This document shows positions 18,091-26,032 of a stretch of DNA of 34,301 bases, in pieces. A program made the translations under genes and the position numbers. The first letter of the stretch is position 1; the number at the start of each line of letters is the position of its first letter. Below the pieces are notes generated by a model. It worked only from the letters and a program-made list of their open reading frames with translations, ran no database searches and was not told where the DNA came from. The stretch covers positions 1 to 34,301 of the forward strand of contig JAHQWF010000002.1 in assembly GCA_029856055.1 (NCBI GenBank). Reading direction: 5' to 3'. This stretch comes from Candidatus Njordarchaeota archaeon. Its GTDB lineage: Archaea; Asgardarchaeota; Njordarchaeia; Njordarchaeales; Njordarchaeaceae.

Positions 18091-18987
18091 ATGATTCCTA
18101 GACTCGTTGATGCTCCATGGAGCAAAATAAGGGGATTTAATAAAGATGAATTAATAGAGTCGATTAAACTTAGTGAGGGTAGGACTATAGCCGCGGAAGT
18201 TGTTGTAACGGCTCCCCCGCTCATTGATAAGATCTCTAATGTAGAGTTAGCTGCTGGCTTCGGGGCAGATATAATTATTCTTAATTTCTATGATGTTAAA
18301 ACTAAATTCATTGCAAATATCCCAGAGCAAGTAAAAAGCATTAGTGATCTTCGAGATTTCTTGGGGAGAATTATTGGTGTTAATTTAGAACCGGTTAGAA
18401 AGGATATAGCTGAAAAACTTGGTTATAGTCCTGGAAGACTAGCGACTGTGGAGAATGCTCAAATAGCTGTTGAAGATGGTGCTGATATCTTGATTATTAC
18501 AGCTAATCCGATGGCTCAAGTCTCATTAAAAGACATATTGATGGCTGTTAAGGAAATTAGGGAAAATATGGGAGATAAGGTAATAATTATGGCTGGTAAA
18601 ATGCATTTGGCAGGAGTTTATGCGGAGAGGCTGGACAGAGAAATGATACAGCAGTTTGCTAAGAATGGTGCTGATGGAATAATTATGCCTGCTCCGGGAA
18701 CAATACCTGGAGCTACATTAGAATTCTGCAAAGAAATCGTTGAGAAAGCTCACGAGAATAATCTTATTGTAACATCCTGTATAGGTACATCGCAAGAGGG
18801 TGCTGATGAAGAGACCATCAGAAGGATCGCATTTCTAGGAAAAATGAGTGGTGCCGACATTCATCATATCGGTGATTCGGGTTATAGTACTAGTGTAGCT
18901 CTTCCAGAGAACATAATGGCTTATTCTATAGTTATAAAGGGGAAGAGACATACTTTTAGGAGAATTGCTCAATCTATACTTAGATGA
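18091..18987 (+). CDS. TIM-barrel-like (aldolase/epimerase-type) protein of unknown function within the PTS island
   Basis: 298 aa with alternating beta-alpha pattern and repeated G-A-D strand ends (GFGADIIILNF, DGADILIITAN, NGADGIIMPAPG, SGADIHHIGDSG). No precise family was recognised. Confidence 0.5.
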   Translation: MIPRLVDAPWSKIRGFNKDELIESIKLSEGRTIAAEVVVTAPPLIDKISNVELAAGFGADIIILNFYDVKTKFIANIPEQVKSISDLRDFLGRIIGVNLEPVRKDIAEKLGYSPGRLATVENAQIAVEDGADILIITANPMAQVSLKDILMAVKEIRENMGDKVIIMAGKMHLAGVYAERLDREMIQQFAKNGADGIIMPAPGTIPGATLEFCKEIVEKAHENNLIVTSCIGTSQEGADEETIRRIAFLGKMSGADIHHIGDSGYSTSVALPENIMAYSIVIKGKRHTFRRIAQSILR

Positions 18988-19181
18988 AATATCAAAATTT
19001 TAATGAAAATGTTTAATATTTTTTAAATTTGCTACGCTATAAAGATGTTAAAATATTAAAATCGATTAGTAAGTAATACTAATATTAATACCTTTTTTCA
19101 AATTTAGAAAAATTTTAAAAACTATATATACGAGAATATGTATGAAATATGTAAATGCATTCTAAAAATATTATTTAAAAG

Positions 19182-21017
19182 GTGTATATGCGCATGCAAA
19201 CAAATGAAACCAAGAGCAAATTTCTAACCATAGAGAAACACACAATATTTTTATACGCAGCTGTAATTACTATCGCAGTGTTTCTGCACTTCAAAGGCGT
19301 CCATGCACAGGCAGCAACGACTATATCTCCTGCTCAAGCACTAGCTTTAACAATATTCGCATTTATATGTGGTCTAGACTACATCTGGGTAACGCCAACA
19401 GGTGTATGGAGACCAACGATTGCTGGGACCGTCTCAGGTATAATTCTAGGCAATCCATTACTAGGATTGATAGCTGGATCATTAATTGAGTTCTCGTTCC
19501 TAGGATTATTTACTATAGGTGGTGGAACAGTACCTGAAGCGGCATCGGGAACAATTGTAGCTACAACTCTAGGTGTTATTATTGGCACAGCTCCTGCACC
19601 TGAGGCAGCAGTAGCTCTAGTACCAATAGCAATACCAGTAGCTGCACTAACGATGAATATAGAGATCTTGGTTAGAGCGGGAGATGCGGTATTTACTCAC
19701 TGGGCAGATGGTGAAATAGCTAAAGGTAATTACAAAATAGTAGGATTAATAAACGTAATTGGAGCGATACCTTGGGCTTTGAGCAGAGCGATACCAGTTG
19801 GTGTTTTCGCGTTCCTAGGAGCTACTCCTGAGGTTGCTACAGCTATTAAAAATGCTATTACTTCACCAGCTATTGCCCCATTCTGGAGTGCAATGAGTAT
19901 TGCTGGATGGTGGATGCCTGCTTTAGGTGTTGCATTGTTGCTTAGAATGTTCTATAGAACTGAGTACTTGCCATACTTCCTATGGGGTTTCGCTTTAGTC
20001 GCTTACTTTAACTTATCATTACTGGCAGTCGCTATCTTCTCCACAATCTTAGTTGGTATGATTTATGTAGCTAGGTGGATCATTCAATTCGGTGAATTTA
20101 AGGTCGAGGGAGCTGTTGAGGAAGGACCGAGGGTATTAACTAGAGGTGACCTTGTTAAAGCATTCTGGTTATCATGGTTCATTCAAAGCTCATGGAACTA
20201 CGAGAGAATGATGGGTACTGGTTTCGCTCACGGTATGTTTCCTATTGAGCAGAAATTGAGGAAGACTGATGAAGAATTAAAAGAATGGTTGACAATGCAC
20301 TCCGAGTTCTATAATACAGAGCCACACCTACACAACATTATCCTTGGAATGGTAATCGCCATGGAGGAGAGAGGCGCAGATATAGAGACAATAAGAGCAA
20401 TTAAAACAGCTTTAATGGGACCGTTCGCCGGATTAGGAGACTCTCTAATGTGGTTCACGCTACTACCTATCGCTTTCGCTATAGGAGCTAGCTTAGGTGC
20501 ACAAGGAAACTTCTTAGGTCCAATAATTGCGCTTCTAATATGGATACCTATCTCTTGGGCAGTTAAATTCTATTCTCTAATATATGGATATAAATACGGA
20601 GATCAGTTGGCAAATGTATTGAGAGGAGATGTATTAAAATTCTTTAGAGATGCCATAGCTGCCTTTGCGGTCGCTATGATGGGTGGCATTGGTGCTTCCT
20701 ATGTTACCCCACCAATCTTCGTTCAGGTTACCTTATCTATATATGGAGTAAGCATACAATCAATAATGGATACGATCATTCCAAGATTATTACCATTATT
20801 AATAGTGCTTTATGCCTATTGGATAGTTAAAAGAGGCGTCCCACTGAGTCTAGCAGTGACCTCATTGTTCCTAACTGGTCTCGGTTTGAGCTTATTGAAC
20901 ATCATTGGTCCTCCTAAAGCAGCTTTCCAGTGGCCATCTCCTGAATTTGCAGCTGCTGGTATTATCTTGATCATAATCTCGTTGATCATAGATTTCTTTG
21001 GTGCTCGCGAGAAATAG
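19182..21017 (+). CDS. PTS mannose-family fused EIIC-EIID permease
   Basis: 611 aa. The N-terminal half is EIIC-like (ICGLDY..WRPTIAGTVSGIILGNPLLGLIAGSLIEFSFLG..GG.VPEAASG). The C-terminal half is EIID-like (LTRGDLVKAFWLSWFIQSSWNYERMMGTGFAHGMFP..HSEFYNTEPHL..AMEERG..IKTALMGPFAGLGDSLMW). Confidence 0.88.
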   Translation: MYMRMQTNETKSKFLTIEKHTIFLYAAVITIAVFLHFKGVHAQAATTISPAQALALTIFAFICGLDYIWVTPTGVWRPTIAGTVSGIILGNPLLGLIAGSLIEFSFLGLFTIGGGTVPEAASGTIVATTLGVIIGTAPAPEAAVALVPIAIPVAALTMNIEILVRAGDAVFTHWADGEIAKGNYKIVGLINVIGAIPWALSRAIPVGVFAFLGATPEVATAIKNAITSPAIAPFWSAMSIAGWWMPALGVALLLRMFYRTEYLPYFLWGFALVAYFNLSLLAVAIFSTILVGMIYVARWIIQFGEFKVEGAVEEGPRVLTRGDLVKAFWLSWFIQSSWNYERMMGTGFAHGMFPIEQKLRKTDEELKEWLTMHSEFYNTEPHLHNIILGMVIAMEERGADIETIRAIKTALMGPFAGLGDSLMWFTLLPIAFAIGASLGAQGNFLGPIIALLIWIPISWAVKFYSLIYGYKYGDQLANVLRGDVLKFFRDAIAAFAVAMMGGIGASYVTPPIFVQVTLSIYGVSIQSIMDTIIPRLLPLLIVLYAYWIVKRGVPLSLAVTSLFLTGLGLSLLNIIGPPKAAFQWPSPEFAAAGIILIIISLIIDFFGAREK

Positions 21018-21080
21018 GCATTCTTTAATTTTTTATACATTTTTTATTCTTTTTTCTAAAAAATAAATTGGTTATGTGCA

Positions 21081-21515
21081 ATGATTGGTATAGTAGTTGT
21101 TTCTCATCTCCATCTAGCTGAGGCCCTATTAGAAACTACTAGGATGATTTATGGCAAACCAGAAAGAGTTGTAGCGGTCCCTTTACTTGAAGGTGAGGGT
21201 CTGGAAGAGTTAAAAGACAAGGTGATAAGAGCAATAGATGAGGTAAATGATGGTGATGGGGTTCTAGTTCTGGTAGATCTCTTTGGTGGTACGACAATGA
21301 ATGTTGCAGCATTAATTGCCGCTGAACGAGGAGATATAGAAATAATCTCCGGAGTTAATTTGCCGATGATGCTACAAGTATTGTTCGAGAGAGAAGATAC
21401 AAATAATCTAAGGGAACTAGCTGAGAAAGCCCTTCAAGCTGGCAAAGATGGAGTAATGGATGTTAGAGAGAAAATAGTTGAGAAACTTAAGAAAGCGCGT
21501 GAGGGGAATGTATAG
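21081..21515 (+). CDS. PTS mannose-family EIIA component
   Basis: 144 aa. MIGIVVVSHLHLAEALLETTRMIYG fits the EIIA-Man N-terminus with the active-site His, followed by VLVLVDLFGGT. Confidence 0.8.
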   Translation: MIGIVVVSHLHLAEALLETTRMIYGKPERVVAVPLLEGEGLEELKDKVIRAIDEVNDGDGVLVLVDLFGGTTMNVAALIAAERGDIEIISGVNLPMMLQVLFEREDTNNLRELAEKALQAGKDGVMDVREKIVEKLKKAREGNV

Positions 21516-22224
21516 GCTTATTGCTACAGATGTAGATGGAGTAGTTAAACCTTATTATGACCCAGTACCAAGCGAGTTGAGTGACCTTCTTGCAAAAATA
21601 TCAGAGAAAATAAAGATTGCTTTCTTATCTGGAAGACAAATATCTTGGCTTGATGGATTAGTTAATGGTATGGGGATTCGGCTCGAGAGAACAATTTTGA
21701 TCGGGGAAGAAGGAGCAGTAATATGGTTTCCTGATGAGTATAAATTAGTATACTCACTAAATGAAGAATATTTACAACGTTTCATAAGAGCGAGAGATAG
21801 CATTAAAAGAAAAATTAGTGATTTATTTGGCGATCAAGTGTTTATTCCTGCTACTCATGTGATTTTAACTATAGCTGCTGGTAATAAATTTCATGAAGCT
21901 GATAAATTGATTAAAGAAATTATAAAAACAGAAAATTACAATGACTTAATTAACTTAACTTATCATAAGATGCATAACGTGATTCAAGTATTTCCGAGGG
22001 GAATCGATAAGTATGTTGCTCTAAGAATAGTTCTAGGGAAATTAAATTTAGATGAGAAAGATGTTATAGCTCTTGGTGATGGACTAAATGACATACCTAT
22101 TTTAAGAAAAGCAGGATTTTCAATAGCTATCGGAAGTAACGAAGAAGTAATTAAGTCATCTAAAGTCCATTTCGATGACGGATTAACAGCATTTAAATAC
22201 ATAGTTGAAAATCTACTTCTATAA
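21508..22224 (+). CDS. HAD-superfamily (Cof/IIB-type) sugar-phosphate phosphatase
   Basis: Motif I is IATDVDGVV, motif II is FLSGRQ and motif IV is GDGLNDIPILRKAG. The ATG at 21508 follows GAGGGG and overlaps the EIIA stop by 8 nt; the ORF track begins at 21478. Confidence 0.8.
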   Translation: MYRLIATDVDGVVKPYYDPVPSELSDLLAKISEKIKIAFLSGRQISWLDGLVNGMGIRLERTILIGEEGAVIWFPDEYKLVYSLNEEYLQRFIRARDSIKRKISDLFGDQVFIPATHVILTIAAGNKFHEADKLIKEIIKTENYNDLINLTYHKMHNVIQVFPRGIDKYVALRIVLGKLNLDEKDVIALGDGLNDIPILRKAGFSIAIGSNEEVIKSSKVHFDDGLTAFKYIVENLLL

Positions 22225-22539
22225 CAATTCCTTAACTTTCTCTATCCTTTTTAAATACTGTTCCTCCAACTCATATAATTCTTTCAATAACTTATCTATC
22301 TCAGTATAAACATACATCATCAGTTTTGAGTGCTCTTTAGGTGGCAAGCCATTGCCATACTTAGTTATACCAATTATCTCCCCCAGAGCTCTATTAAACT
22401 GCTTATAAAGCATAGTAAAGCCAACAAGATTATTTTCTTTTAAACTTTTTTTCATCTTATTTAAATACTCTTTTATAGAATTTACTAAAAATCTGAGATC
22501 TATTTCAAATTCTTTTTTATTCCTTGCATCCTCTGGCAT
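22219..22539 (-). CDS. Small all-helical hypothetical protein, divergent from the Argonaute operon
   Basis: 106-aa ORF with a coiled-coil-like C-terminus (LLKELYELEEQYLKRIEKVKELL). No motif was recognised. Confidence 0.45.
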   Translation of the reverse strand: MPEDARNKKEFEIDLRFLVNSIKEYLNKMKKSLKENNLVGFTMLYKQFNRALGEIIGITKYGNGLPPKEHSKLMMYVYTEIDKLLKELYELEEQYLKRIEKVKELL

Positions 22540-22825
22540 ATCTTTTACCCCTAGAAGTATTTATTGAAACTCAAATTTCCCATACAAATATAAATTATGT
22601 TTTTTTAAAAAATTATTTCTGATAATTATAAGAATACGCATAAATTATTATTAATAAAGGACTATAATTTATAGTTTCAGTACTATTTGTTATTTTTTAG
22701 TATATTATTGGAACTTATTCTATATTATAATAATTGAATAGAAATTTGTTTTATTTTGGGATTAAATTTTTAAAATGAACAATGATTAATAATATTTTTG
22801 CCATAACTACTTCTAAATTTTAGGG

Positions 22826-23935
22826 TTGATATTTTTGAACGCGGAAAAATATATTTTACCTGTAATAGGACCTATAAATCTTTCTTACTTAATTCTATAT
22901 TACCAGTCAGTAGAAAATATCTCTGAGTTAAAGAAGAGATTAGAGCACAGGGAAATTGATCCGTCATCTGAGATCCCGAGAATAATTAATAAAGGGATCA
23001 GGAATAATTATTTACAAAAAGGAATTTTCTCCTTCTATCTAGATGACAAAGGGATTATTTGTGTTATGGGCAGAGAATACGTTAATGAAATAAAAGTAAA
23101 TGATTACACAATTTTACTCAGCGATCCTAAACCACTCACACGTGAACTATATTCGCTAGCTTTGAGAAAATTTCTACTTAGTTTCATTTCTTGGAAACTT
23201 GATCAAGACAGGGATTTGAAAATTCGTGTGGGTGATGCTTATTACTTTAAAGAGTCTGTTATTGGGAAGAGTAGAGAAGGCTTGGAATTCATGTTATTAC
23301 ATGGTTTCAGTTTAAGGATTATTTCTCATCTTTCTGGATTCTATATTTATGTTTTAGATAAGTTTCTGCCTAGGATAAAGCCTACTCTGGATAGGATTCT
23401 AAGGATAGATATTTTCAGGGGTACTTATGAGTATTTGAGAGGTGAGTATTATTGGGATGGTTTATTGAAAGAAATGAGCTGTATCACCACTGATGAGTAT
23501 TTTAGGTTTGGTAAACCTTCTTATGCTGGTCGAATTGTGAAAGTTGTTTATAGTGATGTCCCTATTTATCAGGAATTAAGATCATCTATAAAGGATTATT
23601 ATTCTAGAGAGCGTGGAGAAATTAGAAAATTTATTGAGGAGAGGATGCGTGATGATGTCCCCATAGTCCTCACGTACAAAGGGAGGCGGGGAGCCCATTT
23701 ATTATCTTACTTATCTAGTATCCTTTATCTAGCACCCTCAATAATGGAGTTAAGAAGAATAGTGGATGTCTTAGGTTTCAGACAAATAGTGAAGTGGTAT
23801 ATTGATGCGATGAATCCAAATATAGATAGTTACATAGATAGCTTGAACAAATGGGCAAGCAAAATTATGGATATACTTAACCAATTACCTCTCAAACGGA
23901 GAGGCAACATTCTTGAATTAAGTGGGGTGCATTGA
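22826..23935 (+). CDS. Argonaute N-terminal-half protein (N/L1/PAZ-like/L2, APAZ-type partner) encoded separately from MID-PIWI
   Basis: 369 aa with a TTG start. The Ago-like N-terminus (IFLNAEKYILPVIG..) and the segment IKDYYSRERGEIRKFIEERMRDDVPIVLTYKGRRGAHLLSYLSSILYLAPS resemble the PAZ region of archaeal long Argonautes as I recall them. The stop TGA (23933-23935) is one nt from the ATG of the PIWI gene. No TIR, SIR2, Mrr or TM domain was recognised. Confidence 0.6.
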   Translation: MIFLNAEKYILPVIGPINLSYLILYYQSVENISELKKRLEHREIDPSSEIPRIINKGIRNNYLQKGIFSFYLDDKGIICVMGREYVNEIKVNDYTILLSDPKPLTRELYSLALRKFLLSFISWKLDQDRDLKIRVGDAYYFKESVIGKSREGLEFMLLHGFSLRIISHLSGFYIYVLDKFLPRIKPTLDRILRIDIFRGTYEYLRGEYYWDGLLKEMSCITTDEYFRFGKPSYAGRIVKVVYSDVPIYQELRSSIKDYYSRERGEIRKFIEERMRDDVPIVLTYKGRRGAHLLSYLSSILYLAPSIMELRRIVDVLGFRQIVKWYIDAMNPNIDSYIDSLNKWASKIMDILNQLPLKRRGNILELSGVH

Positions 23936-25202
23936 AATGTCACTTAGATTATTCTCTATTAAGAAAGCTAAAACACCTAAAATAGCTTTCGGTGGCGATG
24001 CTGTAAGTGATAGTGTTGTTAACGGTTTAGAGCAATTTGGTCCTTGGGACTTGGGCAAGAGATTATTTAACTCATTACGCTTAATAATTGTCTACCCAGA
24101 GGGACAAGAAAGCATAATGTATGATCTGCTTGAGAATATGATTATCGAGATTTCTCTTTTGAGATTAAGACTGGAGGTTATACTGAAGATCAGTTATAAT
24201 CCTGGGTCGGCAAGTTCTTATGAAGAAACTATTAATAAGATACGGGAGTTCATTAGAAATGAGCCTTTTAGAAAAGACATAGCTATCCTCCAATTAATTC
24301 CAGAAAGGGAGGAAAAACCAGACTCTTTCTATAACTTAATTAAAAGAGAGATCTATTTAGGCTCAGAAACAAATGAGTTATCTGTTCAGGCTCTAATGAT
24401 CCCAAAATGGGTAGAAGCTAGAGATAAGATTGATTACAGTAGAAATTTGTTGCTTTCCATCTATAGTAAAATGGGCGGAATTCCATGGGTATTAAAGAAT
24501 ACGGCTTCACGGCTAATCGAATCAGCCAGCTTTATTGGTTACACTACTATGGAGAAGAAAGATGTACTTTACGTAATATATTCTATCTTTGGATCAAGAG
24601 GTGAATTAATAGTAAACAAGATCTTAAAATACGAGGCAGCGAGCGATGAAGATAAGAAAATGTATTTAGAGAAAGCTTTCAAAGAAATGCTGGAAAATGC
24701 TTATTCAAGCAAGCTTATAGCTTTACATAGGCTTGGTGAAATTAATGAGATTGAGAAAGATATATTATCTAATATTATTAATAATATAAGAGGATATTTA
24801 TTCATAGTTGAATTCCCAATGGATTGGTCTATACCAATTCTTATCAAGTCTAATTATACTCATAGAAATGCAGATCCTGGAACGTGGTTTTATGGTGGAG
24901 TGATAAATAATGTTCCCTACTTCTTTATTAAGCTCAAATCATTTAATAGGAGGCCTAGTATTGTTAGGGAGGCAATTAAATATGGAGTTATCTTGGTGAC
25001 ACCGAGGATACTTGATGAATTCAGTTGGAGCGATATAGCTGACGATATAGCTAATCAGATATATTCACTAAGTAGTTTGCATTGGGGTAATGTAAATGGT
25101 TACTTTGATGTACCAGTAACAATTCATTTCATGAGAAAGATGAGGAACTTTGTAGAGAGAAACATGGTTATACCCGAGTCTAATAGAGCTATATTCATTT
25201 AA
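23922..25202 (+). CDS. ago: Short prokaryotic Argonaute (MID-PIWI), predicted catalytically inactive
   Basis: PIWI hallmark NLLLSIYSKMGGIPWVLKN. The MID 5'-end pocket pattern is FYNLIKREI..SVQALMIPKW (Y-K-Q-K). Catalytic positions read FIGYTT (expected G-x-D-V) and LHRLGE (expected R-D-G). The likely start is the ATG at 23937 (MSLRLF), preceded by GGGGTG; the ORF track starts at the GTG at 23922. Confidence 0.85.
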   Translation: MGCIEMSLRLFSIKKAKTPKIAFGGDAVSDSVVNGLEQFGPWDLGKRLFNSLRLIIVYPEGQESIMYDLLENMIIEISLLRLRLEVILKISYNPGSASSYEETINKIREFIRNEPFRKDIAILQLIPEREEKPDSFYNLIKREIYLGSETNELSVQALMIPKWVEARDKIDYSRNLLLSIYSKMGGIPWVLKNTASRLIESASFIGYTTMEKKDVLYVIYSIFGSRGELIVNKILKYEAASDEDKKMYLEKAFKEMLENAYSSKLIALHRLGEINEIEKDILSNIINNIRGYLFIVEFPMDWSIPILIKSNYTHRNADPGTWFYGGVINNVPYFFIKLKSFNRRPSIVREAIKYGVILVTPRILDEFSWSDIADDIANQIYSLSSLHWGNVNGYFDVPVTIHFMRKMRNFVERNMVIPESNRAIFI

Positions 25203-25219
25203 TTTTTATTTTTTTATTT
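25203..25219 (+). terminator. T-tract terminator candidate directly after the Argonaute gene
   Basis: TTTTTATTTTTTTATTT begins immediately after the TAA stop at 25200-25202. Confidence 0.4.
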
Positions 25220-25251
25220 CTTCTTGAATCTTAGTTATCTAGTGAATAGTA

Positions 25252-26028
25252 ATGACTGAGGGTCCAACAGCTAGATATAAAGCATGGAAGATATATCTTT
25301 TGCTTAGAGGTAGAGTTGTTAAGGACATAAAGATACGAAGTAGTAAAATTAAGGTTGATCCCAATAAATTAATAGGTAAGAGATTTCTCGGTTTTGATAC
25401 GTTTGGTAAAAACATTATTTTTATTTTTGATGGATACTGTGTGCGCATTCACTTAATGATGTACGGTACAATACATGTTTACAATGAGAGAGAGAAGCTG
25501 AAGAAGCCAGAGAAGTTAATAAGATTGGCTATTGAGTTTGATGATGGGCAAAGAATGATAGTTTATAATGCTCCCATAATAGAGATAGATCACCGTGATA
25601 AATTATATCTACGTATTAAGAAAGATCTGGGTGAGGACCCATTAAGAGTTGATTGGGATATAAATAGAGCTATTAGATTAATAAAAAGAGATTTGGATAA
25701 GAGTATAGGTGAGGTGTTATTAGATCAGAAGGTTATTGCTGGTGTAGGTAATATCTTGAGGAATGAGATACTGTTTAGAGCTCGTATTCATCCCGATAGA
25801 CTTGTTAAGGATCTTAGTGATGATGAAGTTAGGAGGATTGTGGAGATAAGTGCTGATTTGATGCGTGAATGGCTTAGATGTAAGGTTAATGGCGAAAGAA
25901 TAGGGCCTACTATCTTAATTTATGGTAAATCTAAAAAGCCTTGTCCTATCTGTGGAAGACTAATTAAGTTTTATAGGCAGAAACCACATAACAGAAGAAC
26001 TTATGTTTGTGAGACCTGCCAGAAATAG
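25252..26028 (+). CDS. nei: Fpg/Nei-family DNA glycosylase/AP lyase (endonuclease VIII-like) with non-canonical N-terminus
   Basis: 258 aa. The N-terminus is MTEGPTARY (Nei consensus MPEGPE). It keeps the conserved FGKNIIF lysine, the H2TH motif LLDQKVIAGVGNILRNEILFRARIHPD and the C-terminal zinc finger CPICG-x16-CETCQ. Confidence 0.85.
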   Translation: MTEGPTARYKAWKIYLLLRGRVVKDIKIRSSKIKVDPNKLIGKRFLGFDTFGKNIIFIFDGYCVRIHLMMYGTIHVYNEREKLKKPEKLIRLAIEFDDGQRMIVYNAPIIEIDHRDKLYLRIKKDLGEDPLRVDWDINRAIRLIKRDLDKSIGEVLLDQKVIAGVGNILRNEILFRARIHPDRLVKDLSDDEVRRIVEISADLMREWLRCKVNGERIGPTILIYGKSKKPCPICGRLIKFYRQKPHNRRTYVCETCQK

Positions 26029-26032
26029 ATTA

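Noticed and set aside
19379-22202. Antisense ORFs 19379-19588, 20816-21040, 21555-21803 and 21984-22202 in the PTS/HAD genes
   Set aside because: All lie opposite CDSs with strong family signatures. They are shadow ORFs.
25239-25448. Minus-strand 69-aa ORF overlapping the start of the Nei-like gene
   Set aside because: It is antisense to a CDS with conserved Fpg/Nei motifs, and its hydrophobic low-complexity translation has no support.
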